64,000 nucleotides of DNA from Nitrospiraceae bacterium (GCA_050246315.1 JBFWWG010000002.1:204711-268710); one strand, 5' to 3'; numbered from the stretch's first letter, positions 37,694 through 47,755 are shown. The notes: a model not told the origin generated them from the sequence alone. Numbers and translations: made by a program.

Positions 37694-40534
37694 ATGAGCC
37701 TCGGCCAGATCGCCGTAGACGTGATGGCGCGCCGGTCCTTTCCGTCGCGCCTGATCCAGGCGACGGCAATCGGCGGGTTGTCGGCCATTTTGGCGGCAGG
37801 AATCTTCGCCGGGGCCGGACCTGTCACGACCCTGCTCGATCGCGCACTGTATGACTGGTGGGCGATGAGACAAGCGACACCCTCTGTCGAAACGGTCATC
37901 ATCATCGGCGGCGGGAACGAATCCCGACTAGTCGAGCCGGGTTTGCGGCGAGAACAAGTCGCGCGCGTGATCGATGCGCTACATCAAGCCGGCGTGCGGG
38001 CTATCGGCCTGCTCGACCCGCTGATCACACCCGGCGCTCCGGAACAGGGCGGAGCCGCCGGCGATACGCTGCTGGCCGAAGCGATCGCACAGAGCGGCAG
38101 AGTGGTGATCCCGCTAGCCTTGATCCCGCAGGAGGGCCTTCGGCCAGGATCAACGGCGGACCGAGAGAACGGTATCACTCCGGTGCACCGGCAGTGGCTC
38201 CCGGTGGTCGATCCCAACTATGGAGGAGCGCCCGAGACCGTCCTCCTGGCCCCGCCGCTCGGGTCGCTCCTGGAAGCGGCAGCCAACGCGGGCCATCAGA
38301 TCCTCACTCCGGACCGGGACGGAGTCATCCGGCACACACCGCTCTTCGTTCGGCTAAACGATCGTTTCGTTCCGGCTTTCGGCTTGGCGCTTTGGCTGAC
38401 CGCCTCCGATCTCTCCAGCTCTCACCTCACCTTCCGGTCCGGTTCTTCGCTGAAGATTCGCAGGTCCGGCTCGACCGAACAGGATCTGGTTCTGCCACTC
38501 GACGGAATGGAGCGACTGATGCTCCCCGCGTTGCAAGCCCCCTTGCCTCCCTCGGCAACGGTCATCCCGACAGAAGAGCTGCTGCGCTTGGTTGAGGCGA
38601 ACGACTTCGATCTCCTCCGCACCAGATTCGCTCACACCATCGTTCTGCTCGAAACTAGAGAGCGGGAGAAGGCAGTCTGGCGCATGACCAGACCTCCCCT
38701 GACTGACTATCATCTTCTGACATCGTTGATGACCGGTCGCTGGGCCACGCCCTGCGCCCCATCAGTCACTGTCGCCGTTTCCTTGTTGCTTCCCGCAATG
38801 GGCGCCTGGCTCTTCCTCACCTTGCACGCCGGGAGAGCGATCGCTCTGGCTAGTGTGATCATGCTGGCCTATTTGGGGCTGGCCTTTGGTTTGCTGTCCT
38901 TCTCTCACCTCGTCCTTCCGGTATTCGTTCCTCTCTGTGCTCTCTTGGTCACAACCGGCTGTGCCCTGATGTGGAAACAGACTGCCGCCGGAGTACAGAT
39001 CCGGCTCCTGGAACAGGATGTTCAGCGTGTCCAGGCACACCTTACCGCGGTACGCGAAGCCGTGGCTTCCCAGGAATCCCTGGTCGAGCGGCTGACCGAA
39101 GACCTCGAAGCGGCAAGAACCGGCATGCTGGAATCGGCCACGAAAGCCCGTTCGCTCGAATCGTCCGCCCGGTCGATGCAGCAGGCGCTTGAGGAGGCTG
39201 CGGCAAAGGAGTTGGAAGCGCGCCGCCGCCTGAGCGAACTGGAGACGGATCTCGCCGGCCTGAGGGCCGCCTCTGTCACGGACGAGCCGATGCCACAAGC
39301 CGAGTGGGAGGACCTCCGCGAGGCATGCCGGCAGTTCAATATTCTGTCACGGAACCCGGCGGTGTTGAAGAGTTTCAGAGAGGTCAAGAAGGCCGCACGT
39401 ACTCCGATTCCCATTTTGATTCTCGGAGAATCCGGCACCGGCAAAGAACTCTTTGCCCGCGCCGTCCATCTGCTCAGTCCTCGATCCGCCCAGCCGTTCA
39501 TCGCCGTCAACATGGCGGCGATCTCACCGGAGCTGTTTGAAAGCGAATTATTCGGTCATGTTCGCGGAAGCTTCAGCGGAGCGACCCAAGACCGTCCGGG
39601 CTATTTCGAGTTGGCGGACCGGGGCACGCTCTTCCTCGACGAAATCGGCGATCTCCGGCCCGACCACCAGAGCAAACTTCTGCGGGCGCTGCAAGAACGG
39701 ACATTTTATCGCGTGGGAGCCACCAAACCCTCCACCGTGGATGTCCGCATTATCGCCGCCACCAATCGGGACCTGATCCAAGGAGTCACGGACGGTTGGT
39801 TCCGTTCCGACCTCTATGCCAGGCTCCGTGGTTTGCCTGTGACCCTGCCGCCATTGCGTGACCGGCGCGAGGACATTCCGCTCCTCGCAGACCATTTCCT
39901 GAAGGCGGCGGGGACCGCCATGTCCCGGTCTCCGCTCAGCTTCACGGAAGACGCCCTGAAGACGTTGGAGGAATATGCCTGGCCGCACAACGTGCGTGAG
40001 TTGCAACAATGCATCGAACAGGCGGCCGCCCTGACAGACGGGGATCTCATCGGAGTCGAAGACCTCCGACTCACACGACCCTTTCCGCCACGATCCCCTC
40101 GCACCGGTGGAGCAGGGTCCTCGCCCCCGGATGTGGCAGGAGACAGGGCGGTACTGGAATGCCTCCGCACTCACCGATTCGACATGCAAGCCACCGCAAG
40201 CGCTTTGGGTTGGGATCGGAGTACCGTCACGCAGCGATTGAAGGGACTCTGCTTCCAGGCTCTTGTCGATCACGGGCACGACAAGGTCCTGGCGGCGACC
40301 GCCCTAGCCCAGGACCCCGGCCTGATCCGAACGGTTGAATTGAAACTCATCGAGTACACCGATCACCTGTTCCAGGTTGCCCGAACCTATCCCTCCGCGA
40401 CGGACGCGATCGAGGCCTGTCGGAGACGATTCAAGAATCTGTCCGATCGTCACTTCAAGGCGGTGGAAGTACTGATCCAACGAGAGTTTGAAATGCTCGG
40501 TCGAAGCAACCGACTTCCCTCTCAAATCCAATAG
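37694..40534 (+). CDS. Membrane-anchored CHASE2 / sigma54-dependent transcriptional activator
   Basis: CHASE2 motifs (DRALYD, PDRDGVIRH), 3 TM helices, coiled coil, GESGTGKELFA, ELFGHVRGSFSGA, LFLDEIGD, WPHNVREL, HTH; start uncertain. Confidence 0.88.
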   Translation: MSLGQIAVDVMARRSFPSRLIQATAIGGLSAILAAGIFAGAGPVTTLLDRALYDWWAMRQATPSVETVIIIGGGNESRLVEPGLRREQVARVIDALHQAGVRAIGLLDPLITPGAPEQGGAAGDTLLAEAIAQSGRVVIPLALIPQEGLRPGSTADRENGITPVHRQWLPVVDPNYGGAPETVLLAPPLGSLLEAAANAGHQILTPDRDGVIRHTPLFVRLNDRFVPAFGLALWLTASDLSSSHLTFRSGSSLKIRRSGSTEQDLVLPLDGMERLMLPALQAPLPPSATVIPTEELLRLVEANDFDLLRTRFAHTIVLLETREREKAVWRMTRPPLTDYHLLTSLMTGRWATPCAPSVTVAVSLLLPAMGAWLFLTLHAGRAIALASVIMLAYLGLAFGLLSFSHLVLPVFVPLCALLVTTGCALMWKQTAAGVQIRLLEQDVQRVQAHLTAVREAVASQESLVERLTEDLEAARTGMLESATKARSLESSARSMQQALEEAAAKELEARRRLSELETDLAGLRAASVTDEPMPQAEWEDLREACRQFNILSRNPAVLKSFREVKKAARTPIPILILGESGTGKELFARAVHLLSPRSAQPFIAVNMAAISPELFESELFGHVRGSFSGATQDRPGYFELADRGTLFLDEIGDLRPDHQSKLLRALQERTFYRVGATKPSTVDVRIIAATNRDLIQGVTDGWFRSDLYARLRGLPVTLPPLRDRREDIPLLADHFLKAAGTAMSRSPLSFTEDALKTLEEYAWPHNVRELQQCIEQAAALTDGDLIGVEDLRLTRPFPPRSPRTGGAGSSPPDVAGDRAVLECLRTHRFDMQATASALGWDRSTVTQRLKGLCFQALVDHGHDKVLAATALAQDPGLIRTVELKLIEYTDHLFQVARTYPSATDAIEACRRRFKNLSDRHFKAVEVLIQREFEMLGRSNRLPSQIQ

Positions 40535-40660
40535 ACTCCATGCGGGGCTATCCCCGCATCCCCTCAACAGCCTCTGAATTCCCGCAAGGTATCCATCAGA
40601 AACGTTCTCGTATCCTGCTGTTTTTGCGTGAGTATTTGACTCGCTCTCGGTTTGGCTCTT

Positions 40661-40676
40661 CGGCACCCCAGTTGCT
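40661..40676 (+). promoter_or_regulatory. Sigma54 (-24/-12) promoter of the OmpA-sortase operon
   Basis: CGGCAC-CCCAG-TTGCT, GG-N10-GC. Confidence 0.8.
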
Positions 40677-40895
40677 CATCCTAGGCTCGAACGATGGCTT
40701 GATGGAATGAACGGCCGGAATGAAAGGAGGTGACGGAAAGCGCTGTTCCATCGGAGCCACGAAAGAAGGAGCGATAACAGATCACACCCGCACCACCTTC
40801 TCTCAGGGAGTACGGGTTGCTCTCCCGTCGTACTGGGCTCTGGGGGAGCGAGAGACAACGCTAGGAGATCTTTCAGGAAGAAAGGAGTTCCATCC

Positions 40896-41747
40896 ATGAA
40901 CAAAGGTGCCGAACACATAGTCTATGCCGCCAATCCGACAGCCGGCAGCGCCGCCCAGGGAGAACAGACGGATCGCGGCGTGAACGAAGTCATGATCGTG
41001 GGAGGGAGCGTGCTGGTGCTGGCCATTGGGATAGGGATCGCCTGGATGGTGGCTTCGCAATCGGAGCAGACGACGCGGGCAACGTCCGTCTCCTTCCCAT
41101 CATCGCCCATCGTGATGCCGGAGGTTTCGACCTCCGCGGGTCGCACGGGCGAGATCGCCGGCCAACCGGTACAACAACCTTCTGTCTCGACGGCTGCCCT
41201 CCCGACCCAACTCAAAGAGTCGCACCACGCCGATATTTCGTTTGATTTCGGGAAAACGCGACTCACCAATGAGGCCAAGGTCTATCTCGACGAGCATGCG
41301 GCCTTTATGACCAGAAACCAGGACTATGGGCTCCTCATCCAAGGTTACACCGATGGCCGCGGTTCGTCGCTCTATAACAGAGCCCTCGGTCTCAAGCGGG
41401 CTGAATCCGTCAAGGCTTACCTGATCAGCCTCGGGGTGCCGGAGCACCGGATCAAGACCGCAAGCCTCGGCGAAGATGGAGTCCTCTGTCTTGACGACAG
41501 TTTGGACTGCCTCATGCTCAACCGCCGCGCCCATCTGGAGTTCATTAAGGTCGGGTCCACACATTTGATGCCGCCTGTGGAGTCGGTCCCAGCGGACAGC
41601 ACAACCGTCCCGTCGGAGCCTGTCACGGCTGAACCGATCGTAGAACCGGTTCAGGATTCGACCGATACTTCCATCCCCCTTCAGCCTGTCGAATCACAGG
41701 AGCCTGAAAATCAGCTCGTGCCGGACGAGCCAGGCGTCACGCCTTAA
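40896..41747 (+). CDS. OmpA/Pal-family peptidoglycan-binding protein (PdsO-like)
   Basis: FDFGK, GYTDGRGSSLYNRALGLKRAESVKAYL, SLGE, NRRA; N-terminal TM. Confidence 0.85.
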   Translation: MNKGAEHIVYAANPTAGSAAQGEQTDRGVNEVMIVGGSVLVLAIGIGIAWMVASQSEQTTRATSVSFPSSPIVMPEVSTSAGRTGEIAGQPVQQPSVSTAALPTQLKESHHADISFDFGKTRLTNEAKVYLDEHAAFMTRNQDYGLLIQGYTDGRGSSLYNRALGLKRAESVKAYLISLGVPEHRIKTASLGEDGVLCLDDSLDCLMLNRRAHLEFIKVGSTHLMPPVESVPADSTTVPSEPVTAEPIVEPVQDSTDTSIPLQPVESQEPENQLVPDEPGVTP

Positions 41748-41829
41748 CGAACTTGCTGCGCCGGAGGCCGGCATGGTCCGACCTCCGGCTCCTCCAAGAG
41801 CCTTAAACGATTCGCCCCCAGGAGCTCCC

Positions 41830-43956
41830 ATGCGAATTCTTGCAATCGACAGGCATCGTGTCCGGCTGATTCCCCTCTTGATCCCACTCATGATGGCCCC
41901 GGCTCTGATCTCGTCGCTATCCACTCTGCAGGAGATCGCGTCCGCCGCGGACGACGGACAGGGAATGTCATTGAAGGAGGTCACCAGCGGGTCGCTTTTG
42001 TTGAAAGGCCAACCCGGCTTGCTGATCCCGGCGCCGACTCTCCATACCGACGTGACCATCTCTGTAAGCGGCCTCATCTCCCGCGCCAGGGTGAGCCAAC
42101 AGTTTTCCAATCCAGGCGAGACTTGGCTGGAGGGCATCTATGCCTTTCCCTTGCCGGAGAGAGCCGCCGTGGACCATCTCAGGATGAAGATCGGCGAACG
42201 GATCATCGAGGGCCAGGTCAAGGAACGGAGCGAGGCGAAGCAAACATACGAACGGGCCAAATCAGATGGCAAACGCACGGGTCTCGTTGAGCAGGAACGA
42301 CCCAACCTGTTCACAACCTCGGTCGCTAATATCGGGCCTCATGAAACGGTTCAAATAGAAATCGAGTATCAGGAGACGATCAGGTCGGATCATGGGAAAT
42401 TTCATCTTCGCTTTCCGATGGTCATCGGCCCTCGTTACATCCCGGGGCGTCCTCTCGACAGCGTGACCTCATCAGAACCACCTTCTTCGTCGAACCACAG
42501 TGCTCAAGGCCATGGTTGGGCGCCGGACACGGATCAAGTACCGGACGCCTCCAGAATTACCCCTCCCGTGCTGCATCCCTCTCAAGGCCCCATCAATCCG
42601 GTCAGCCTCTCAATCGATCTGATGCCGGGATTCCCGATCTCCCATGTGGATGCGCCCTACCATGCTGTTCAGGCCGTATCCGAGACCGCCACGCATTGGC
42701 GCATCGCGCTCCGGGACGGCGCGGTGCCTGCGGATCGCGACTTCGAATTGATGTGGCGGCCGTTGCCCGGCTCCATGCCGACCGCGTCCCTGTTCACCGA
42801 ATCACGCGAGGAATCGCACTATGGCTTGCTGATGATCACGCCGCCGGCGATCGAACATGACTCGTCGATCGGAGGTCCGCGTGAGGTCATCTTCGTCATC
42901 GACACGTCCGGCTCGATGTACGGACTGTCTCTCGATCAAGCCAAGGACGCGCTGCGCCTGGCGCTCTCCCGGCTGCGCCCGGAGGATCGCTTCAACATCA
43001 TTCAATTCAACAGCGTGACGCACCGGTTGTTTGCCGCTCCGCAGCCGGGCGTCCAGGCGCAACTCGATCAGGCGATTGGCTACGTCAACGGACTTCAAGC
43101 CACCGGGGGCACGGAAATGCTTCCAGCCCTCACCCTCGCCCTTGACGGCTCACCCCAGCCCGGTCGGCTGCGGCAGGTCATCTTTCTGACAGACGGACAG
43201 ATCGGAAATGAAACGGAATTGTTCACCACGATCCAGGAACGCCTGGGCGATAGGCGTCTGTTCACCGTCGGCATCGGGTCGGCGCCCAACAGTTATTTCA
43301 TGCGGCGGGCGGCAGAGATCGGGCGCGGCGCCTTCACCTATATCGGAAGGATCGACGAGGTGCGGGACCGCATGACCGATTTGTTCCAAAAATTGGAACA
43401 CCCGGTACTGACCGACCTCGCAATCACAGACGAGGGCTGGAGGCAGATGGACCTCCTGCCGGCACAGATTCCCGACCTCTACATGGGAGAACCGATTCTG
43501 CTCGCACTCAAGGCACCGTCGTTTCCTAATCACGTCACACTCAAGGGACGGATCGGCGCTCGGCCGTGGCAAGCCGAGTTCTCGTTGATCGATCGCCAGG
43601 ATCGGGAAGGCATTGCGGTCCATTGGGCCAGAGAGACAATCCACGCCCTCACGGAGCGCCTCGTCCACAGTACCGATCACGCCTCGCTCCGAAATCAGAT
43701 CGTCGAGGTCGCGTTACAGCATCACCTGGTCAGTCGATTCACAAGCCTGGTGGCGATCGACGTCACACCGGTCAGGCCGGTCATGGAGGCGGTGCACACA
43801 AAGCCGCTTCCGACCAACCTACCTCACGGTCAGGACTATGAACACATCTTTGGCTTGCCGCAGACTGCTACCTCCGCATCCCTCCATCTCATGATCGGCG
43901 GACTGGCGCTGTTGTTAGCGATGCTCTTCGTGACGCGTTTCAGGTCTTCCACATGA
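41830..43956 (+). CDS. Sortase target protein (VIT + vWA, LPQTA sorting signal)
   Basis: YAFPLPERAAV and VEQERPNLFTTSVANI (VIT), DTSGSM (MIDAS), C-terminal LPQTA + TM + basic tail. Confidence 0.9.
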   Translation: MRILAIDRHRVRLIPLLIPLMMAPALISSLSTLQEIASAADDGQGMSLKEVTSGSLLLKGQPGLLIPAPTLHTDVTISVSGLISRARVSQQFSNPGETWLEGIYAFPLPERAAVDHLRMKIGERIIEGQVKERSEAKQTYERAKSDGKRTGLVEQERPNLFTTSVANIGPHETVQIEIEYQETIRSDHGKFHLRFPMVIGPRYIPGRPLDSVTSSEPPSSSNHSAQGHGWAPDTDQVPDASRITPPVLHPSQGPINPVSLSIDLMPGFPISHVDAPYHAVQAVSETATHWRIALRDGAVPADRDFELMWRPLPGSMPTASLFTESREESHYGLLMITPPAIEHDSSIGGPREVIFVIDTSGSMYGLSLDQAKDALRLALSRLRPEDRFNIIQFNSVTHRLFAAPQPGVQAQLDQAIGYVNGLQATGGTEMLPALTLALDGSPQPGRLRQVIFLTDGQIGNETELFTTIQERLGDRRLFTVGIGSAPNSYFMRRAAEIGRGAFTYIGRIDEVRDRMTDLFQKLEHPVLTDLAITDEGWRQMDLLPAQIPDLYMGEPILLALKAPSFPNHVTLKGRIGARPWQAEFSLIDRQDREGIAVHWARETIHALTERLVHSTDHASLRNQIVEVALQHHLVSRFTSLVAIDVTPVRPVMEAVHTKPLPTNLPHGQDYEHIFGLPQTATSASLHLMIGGLALLLAMLFVTRFRSST

Positions 43957-44540
43957 TGGGCACATTCCACCGGCTATCAGGCTGCTTGGCCATCGGCATC
44001 ATGGGTTGTTTCGGGATGTGGGAATTGGCGCAAGGAGGGTGGATCCACTTGAAGGCGTCATTGGCGCAACACTTACTGCAACAAGCATGGGCGCAGACGA
44101 TTGCGCGACAAACCCCAATCAAACCCTGGCCCTGGGCAGACACCTTTCCTATCGCCAGACTCTTGGTATCGCGTCACCAGATCGATGAGATCGTGCTGGC
44201 CGGCGCCAACGGACGGACGTTGGCGTTCGGACCAGCTCACCATGAAGACAGCGCGAAGCCTGGCATGATGGGCGTCAGCATCATCACCGGTCATCGGGAC
44301 ACCCATTTCCGGTTTCTTCACCGGTTGGAGCCGGGTGACCGGATCGATGTGCAGACCGTACATGGCGCCTTGGTCAGCTACCGGGTCCTGGGCAGCAGCG
44401 TGGTGGACGGCCGGCTGCCGTTACAGGTTTCGGGAGGGGACGAAAACGTTCTGCTCCTGGTGACTTGCTATCCCTTCGATGCCTTGGTGTCGGGCGGGCC
44501 GTTCCGGTATGTCGTGATGGCAGAGATGAGTGATCGGTGA
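43953..44540 (+). CDS. Class GN (proteobacterial-type) sortase
   Basis: KPWPWADT, LAFGP, GHRDTHF, LVTCYPFDA, GGPFRY. Confidence 0.9.
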   Translation: MMGTFHRLSGCLAIGIMGCFGMWELAQGGWIHLKASLAQHLLQQAWAQTIARQTPIKPWPWADTFPIARLLVSRHQIDEIVLAGANGRTLAFGPAHHEDSAKPGMMGVSIITGHRDTHFRFLHRLEPGDRIDVQTVHGALVSYRVLGSSVVDGRLPLQVSGGDENVLLLVTCYPFDALVSGGPFRYVVMAEMSDR

Positions 44541-44555
44541 CCCAGCATAGAGTCG

Positions 44556-44633
44556 AGGGGACTGGCTCCGCGGTCTGGATCGCTAGGGGACTGACACCCT
44601 TCACCGCGTCTGCGCGTGGTGTCTGTCCCGCTT
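44556..44633. repeat. GGGGACTG-type palindromic element
   Basis: Two GGGGGACTG starts; GGGACTGACACC...GGTGTCTGTCCC stem downstream of the sortase. Confidence 0.4.
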
Positions 44634-44706
44634 CTGAACCAACCGTAATTGCAGCAGCGCGACTCAAGTTTGTGGCCGGGTATCCGAAAAAGAAACGGGA
44701 ATACCC

Positions 44707-45069
44707 ATGGCCGTCACGAAGCCCCATGCCTCACGCCTGCGGATCTCCAATGATCCGATGTATCAGCTCTTACGCGACGGGGCGATCACCGAGTTCAACG
44801 CCAAAAAGGCCGCGGGCCAGACGGTAAGCCTGCGCAACTGTGACCTCCGGGGCCTTGACCTGCGTGGATTGGACGCGGACGGCTTAGATTTCAGCGACAG
44901 TTATTTCAGGCAGGCCGACCTGCGCGGCGTGGATTTCCGCCGCGCGAACCTCGAAGGGGCCAGCCTCAACAATGCCCAGATCTCAGGCGCCTACTTCCCC
45001 CTGGAACTCTCCCCTGAAGAAATCACCCTGTCCCTCACCCACGGCACTCGCATGCGGTACCGGAAATAG
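44707..45069 (+). CDS. Pentapeptide repeat protein
   Basis: CDLRG LDLRG...ADLRG VDFRR ANLEG ASLNN AQISG. Confidence 0.9.
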   Translation: MAVTKPHASRLRISNDPMYQLLRDGAITEFNAKKAAGQTVSLRNCDLRGLDLRGLDADGLDFSDSYFRQADLRGVDFRRANLEGASLNNAQISGAYFPLELSPEEITLSLTHGTRMRYRK

Positions 45070-45316
45070 CCTCGGCACGCGCTGTTCCAACTCCTGCACG
45101 CAAAGAAGGCCTTGGCGCAGTCCGAAGCGTCATATCCGGCGTCGGAGCGGTGCCCCCATGCACCAAGAGCTTATTCACCCTGGGCGAGGTCAGCCACCCT
45201 GTCCTTGCCTACGGCATTCCACTCGCTATATTCTGTCATCCGCAGTATGGAGCATCTCACCTGCGGGTTGATCATTCCGAGCCTCGAGCCACCCAGCTCG
45301 AAGAGGAGTATCCGCC

Positions 45317-45499
45317 ATGGGGAAAATCGTCGAGTGCGCCAAGGTTGATCCATCCTCCGGATGCAAGCACGTCGTTCGTGGGAAGACCGAAGAAGAACTC
45401 CTGAAGAACGCCATGGAACATGCGAAGCAACACGGAATTCGGGAGGCAACGCCCGAACTCATGGCTAAAGTAAAAGCAGCGATCCGGGACGAGAAGTAA
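45317..45499 (+). CDS. DUF1059 small protein
   Basis: C...GC..VRGKTEEELL...HAKQH pattern; GAGGAG RBS. Confidence 0.8.
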   Translation: MGKIVECAKVDPSSGCKHVVRGKTEEELLKNAMEHAKQHGIREATPELMAKVKAAIRDEK

Positions 45500-45660
45500 G
45501 AGTTTCGATCCCAACGTTCATGGCCTCACAATCGGCTGACCCTGACGGCGCTGGAGGTCGGCGGCTGATGGGCCGGCGGTACAGCCGAAGGTTGGTGCGG
45601 TACAACCGAAGGTTGGTATAGATGGGCGGCGTCCGATGCTTACCCTGATCCACTACACGA

Positions 45661-45732
45661 AGCGAGACGGCACGGACGATTCAGGAACACCGTCACGAGG
45701 CGTTCGAGGCCGAAGCCCGCCGGGGTTGCTCG
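45661..45732 (+). repeat. 72-bp direct repeat copy 1 (tRNA flank)
   Basis: 65/72 identical to 46018-46089. Confidence 0.85.
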
Positions 45733-45852
45733 CAGGTGAGGACGACGCAGGCGTACCCAAAGTGGTACGTCGAGGAGGCTGATCGAGAACGACCCCGCCG
45801 GGCGAGAGAATCGGATGCCGCAGTAGGTGTTGTATGGATCGTTCGTGCCGAA

Positions 45853-45929
45853 TGGTGCGCCCGGCTGGAATCGAACCAGCGACCCACAGCTTAGAAGGCT
45901 GTTGCTCTATCCAACTGAGCTACGGGCGC
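45853..45929 (-). tRNA. tRNA-Arg(TCT)
   Basis: GCGCCCGTAGCTCAGTTGGATAGAGC...ACAGC-CT-TCT-AA-GCTGT...GGTTCGATTCC...GGGCGCACCA. Confidence 0.95.
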
Positions 45930-46017
45930 ACAGGAAGTGTTGAGTGCTGATGAGTTGGGAACAAGACTTGCCGTATCCTGCCAAGCACTCACGCCATACT
46001 TGGTCTTCTGACAAGCC

Positions 46018-46089
46018 AGCGAGGCGGCACGGATGATTCATGAACACCGTCACGAGGCGTTTGAGATCGACGCCCGCCGGGGTTGCTCG
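46018..46089 (+). repeat. 72-bp direct repeat copy 2 (tRNA flank)
   Basis: 65/72 identical to 45661-45732. Confidence 0.85.
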
Positions 46090-46127
46090 GTCCGTTGAGT
46101 CGTCGGCTCATACACCCACAAGCGAAA

Positions 46128-46301
46128 GAAAACACACCTGAGGTGTTTCTCCACTGGCGCAAGGAAGAGGGCTACTCCTGATGAGCCGGCGGCACACGCC
46201 AAGTCGTCAATGACAGGCCAAGATTGCTAGAGCGGTTTCTCCGGCGGCGTCATATGGGGAAGGCTTCGCCTGAAGAGCCGCCGGTACTAGCAAGCTTGGT
46301 A
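46128..46301 (-). repeat. Two tandem family B repeats directly 3' of tRNA-Pro
   Basis: Both align with 13786-13872 (GGCTCATC...GGAGAAACACC). Confidence 0.65.
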
Positions 46302-46378
<77 letters not shown>

Positions 46379-46382
46379 ACAT

Positions 46383-46982
46383 TCACTTAACTGCCTCACC
46401 TACTTGTAGCAGTTCTTTCGCCCGATGAAAAGCGCGGGCTCGATGGCTGACCTGATTCTTTTCCTCCGGCGTCATCTCGGCCAGGGTCTTGCCCATTTCC
46501 GGAACCAGAAAGACCGGATCGTACCCGAACCCTGACGCCCCCTTCGGTTCCTCCGTGATGACTCCGTCCAAGGTTCCCAGCGCTACCTGGACCCTCCCGT
46601 CTGGATAGGCAATGGCAGCGGCGGTAACGAAGCGAGCCTGCCGCCTGGCTCGATGCACGCCGTTGAGTTCGTGCAACAGCTTCCGCCAATTATCCTCATA
46701 GGTCGCCGACTCCCCCGCGTATCGTGCGGCATAGACTCCCGGGCGTCCATCAAGCACCGCCACCTCCAAGGCGGTGTCGTCGGCAATCGCGGGGAGCCTG
46801 GTGTACTCCATGGCCGATCGCGCTTTTTTGATGGCGTTGGCTTCGCAGGTGGACCCGTCTTCAACCACGTCGGGCGCGCCTGGAAAATCTCCGATCGTCC
46901 GCAATCGAACGCCCAAGTCTTGAAGCAGGGCCTGCAGCTCCTTGCACTTGTCTTTGTTTCTTGTTGCAACAATCAGTTCCAT
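46383..46982 (-). CDS. rdgB: dITP/XTP pyrophosphatase
   Basis: [42 protein letters not shown]. Confidence 0.92.
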   Translation of the reverse strand: MELIVATRNKDKCKELQALLQDLGVRLRTIGDFPGAPDVVEDGSTCEANAIKKARSAMEYTRLPAIADDTALEVAVLDGRPGVYAARYAGESATYEDNWRKLLHELNGVHRARRQARFVTAAAIAYPDGRVQVALGTLDGVITEEPKGASGFGYDPVFLVPEMGKTLAEMTPEEKNQVSHRARAFHRAKELLQVGEAVK

Positions 46983-47008
46983 AATACAACGTCATGTGAT
47001 ACTTGATC

Positions 47009-47755
47009 TTAATCGAGCTTGCCGATCAGGTTCTTCTGGAGCGTCACCAACTGCTCGATCGCCTGCCATCCCAGATTCAAGAATTCATCAAGATCCTTCC
47101 GGTCGAAGGGGTCTCGCTCGGCCGTTCCCTGGATTTCGACAAACCGACCCGACCCTGTCATCACCAAGTTCAGATCGACTTCGGCGGCGGAATCCTCATC
47201 ATAGGCAAGGTCTACCATCGAACGGCCCCCGACCTTGCCCACGCTCACAGCGGCCAGGTAGTCAAGCATGGGGCGCTGTTTGATCATGTCCTTCTTCTTC
47301 AGTACCGCACAGGCATCGGCCAAAGCGATGAAGGCCCCAGTGATCGAGGCAGTTCTGGTTCCGCCGTCGGCCTGTATCACATCGCAGTCAATCCAGACAG
47401 TCCGTTCTCCCAACTGGGTCATGTCCACGACCGCACGGAGGGAACGCCCCACCAGCCGTTGAATCTCCAAGGTTCGCCCCCCCTGTTTTCCCTTCACTGC
47501 CTCGCGCGGGCTCCGATCGTGGGTGGCCCTGGGGAGCATGGCATATTCCGCTGTCACCCACCCCTGCCCCTTGTCCTTGAGAAACGAGGGCACCTTTTCT
47601 TCGACGGATGCCGTACAGATGACTTTCGTATCGCCCATCTCCATCAGCACCGACCCTTCGGCGTACTTGATGAAGTTCCTGGTGACCTTGATCGGACGCA
47701 ACTGATCGCGTCGCCGGCCGTCCTTGCGGACTGTCTTATTGCCCAATTCTGTCAT
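47009..47755 (-). CDS. rph: Ribonuclease PH
   Basis: [50 protein letters not shown]. Confidence 0.95.
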   Translation of the reverse strand: MTELGNKTVRKDGRRRDQLRPIKVTRNFIKYAEGSVLMEMGDTKVICTASVEEKVPSFLKDKGQGWVTAEYAMLPRATHDRSPREAVKGKQGGRTLEIQRLVGRSLRAVVDMTQLGERTVWIDCDVIQADGGTRTASITGAFIALADACAVLKKKDMIKQRPMLDYLAAVSVGKVGGRSMVDLAYDEDSAAEVDLNLVMTGSGRFVEIQGTAERDPFDRKDLDEFLNLGWQAIEQLVTLQKNLIGKLD

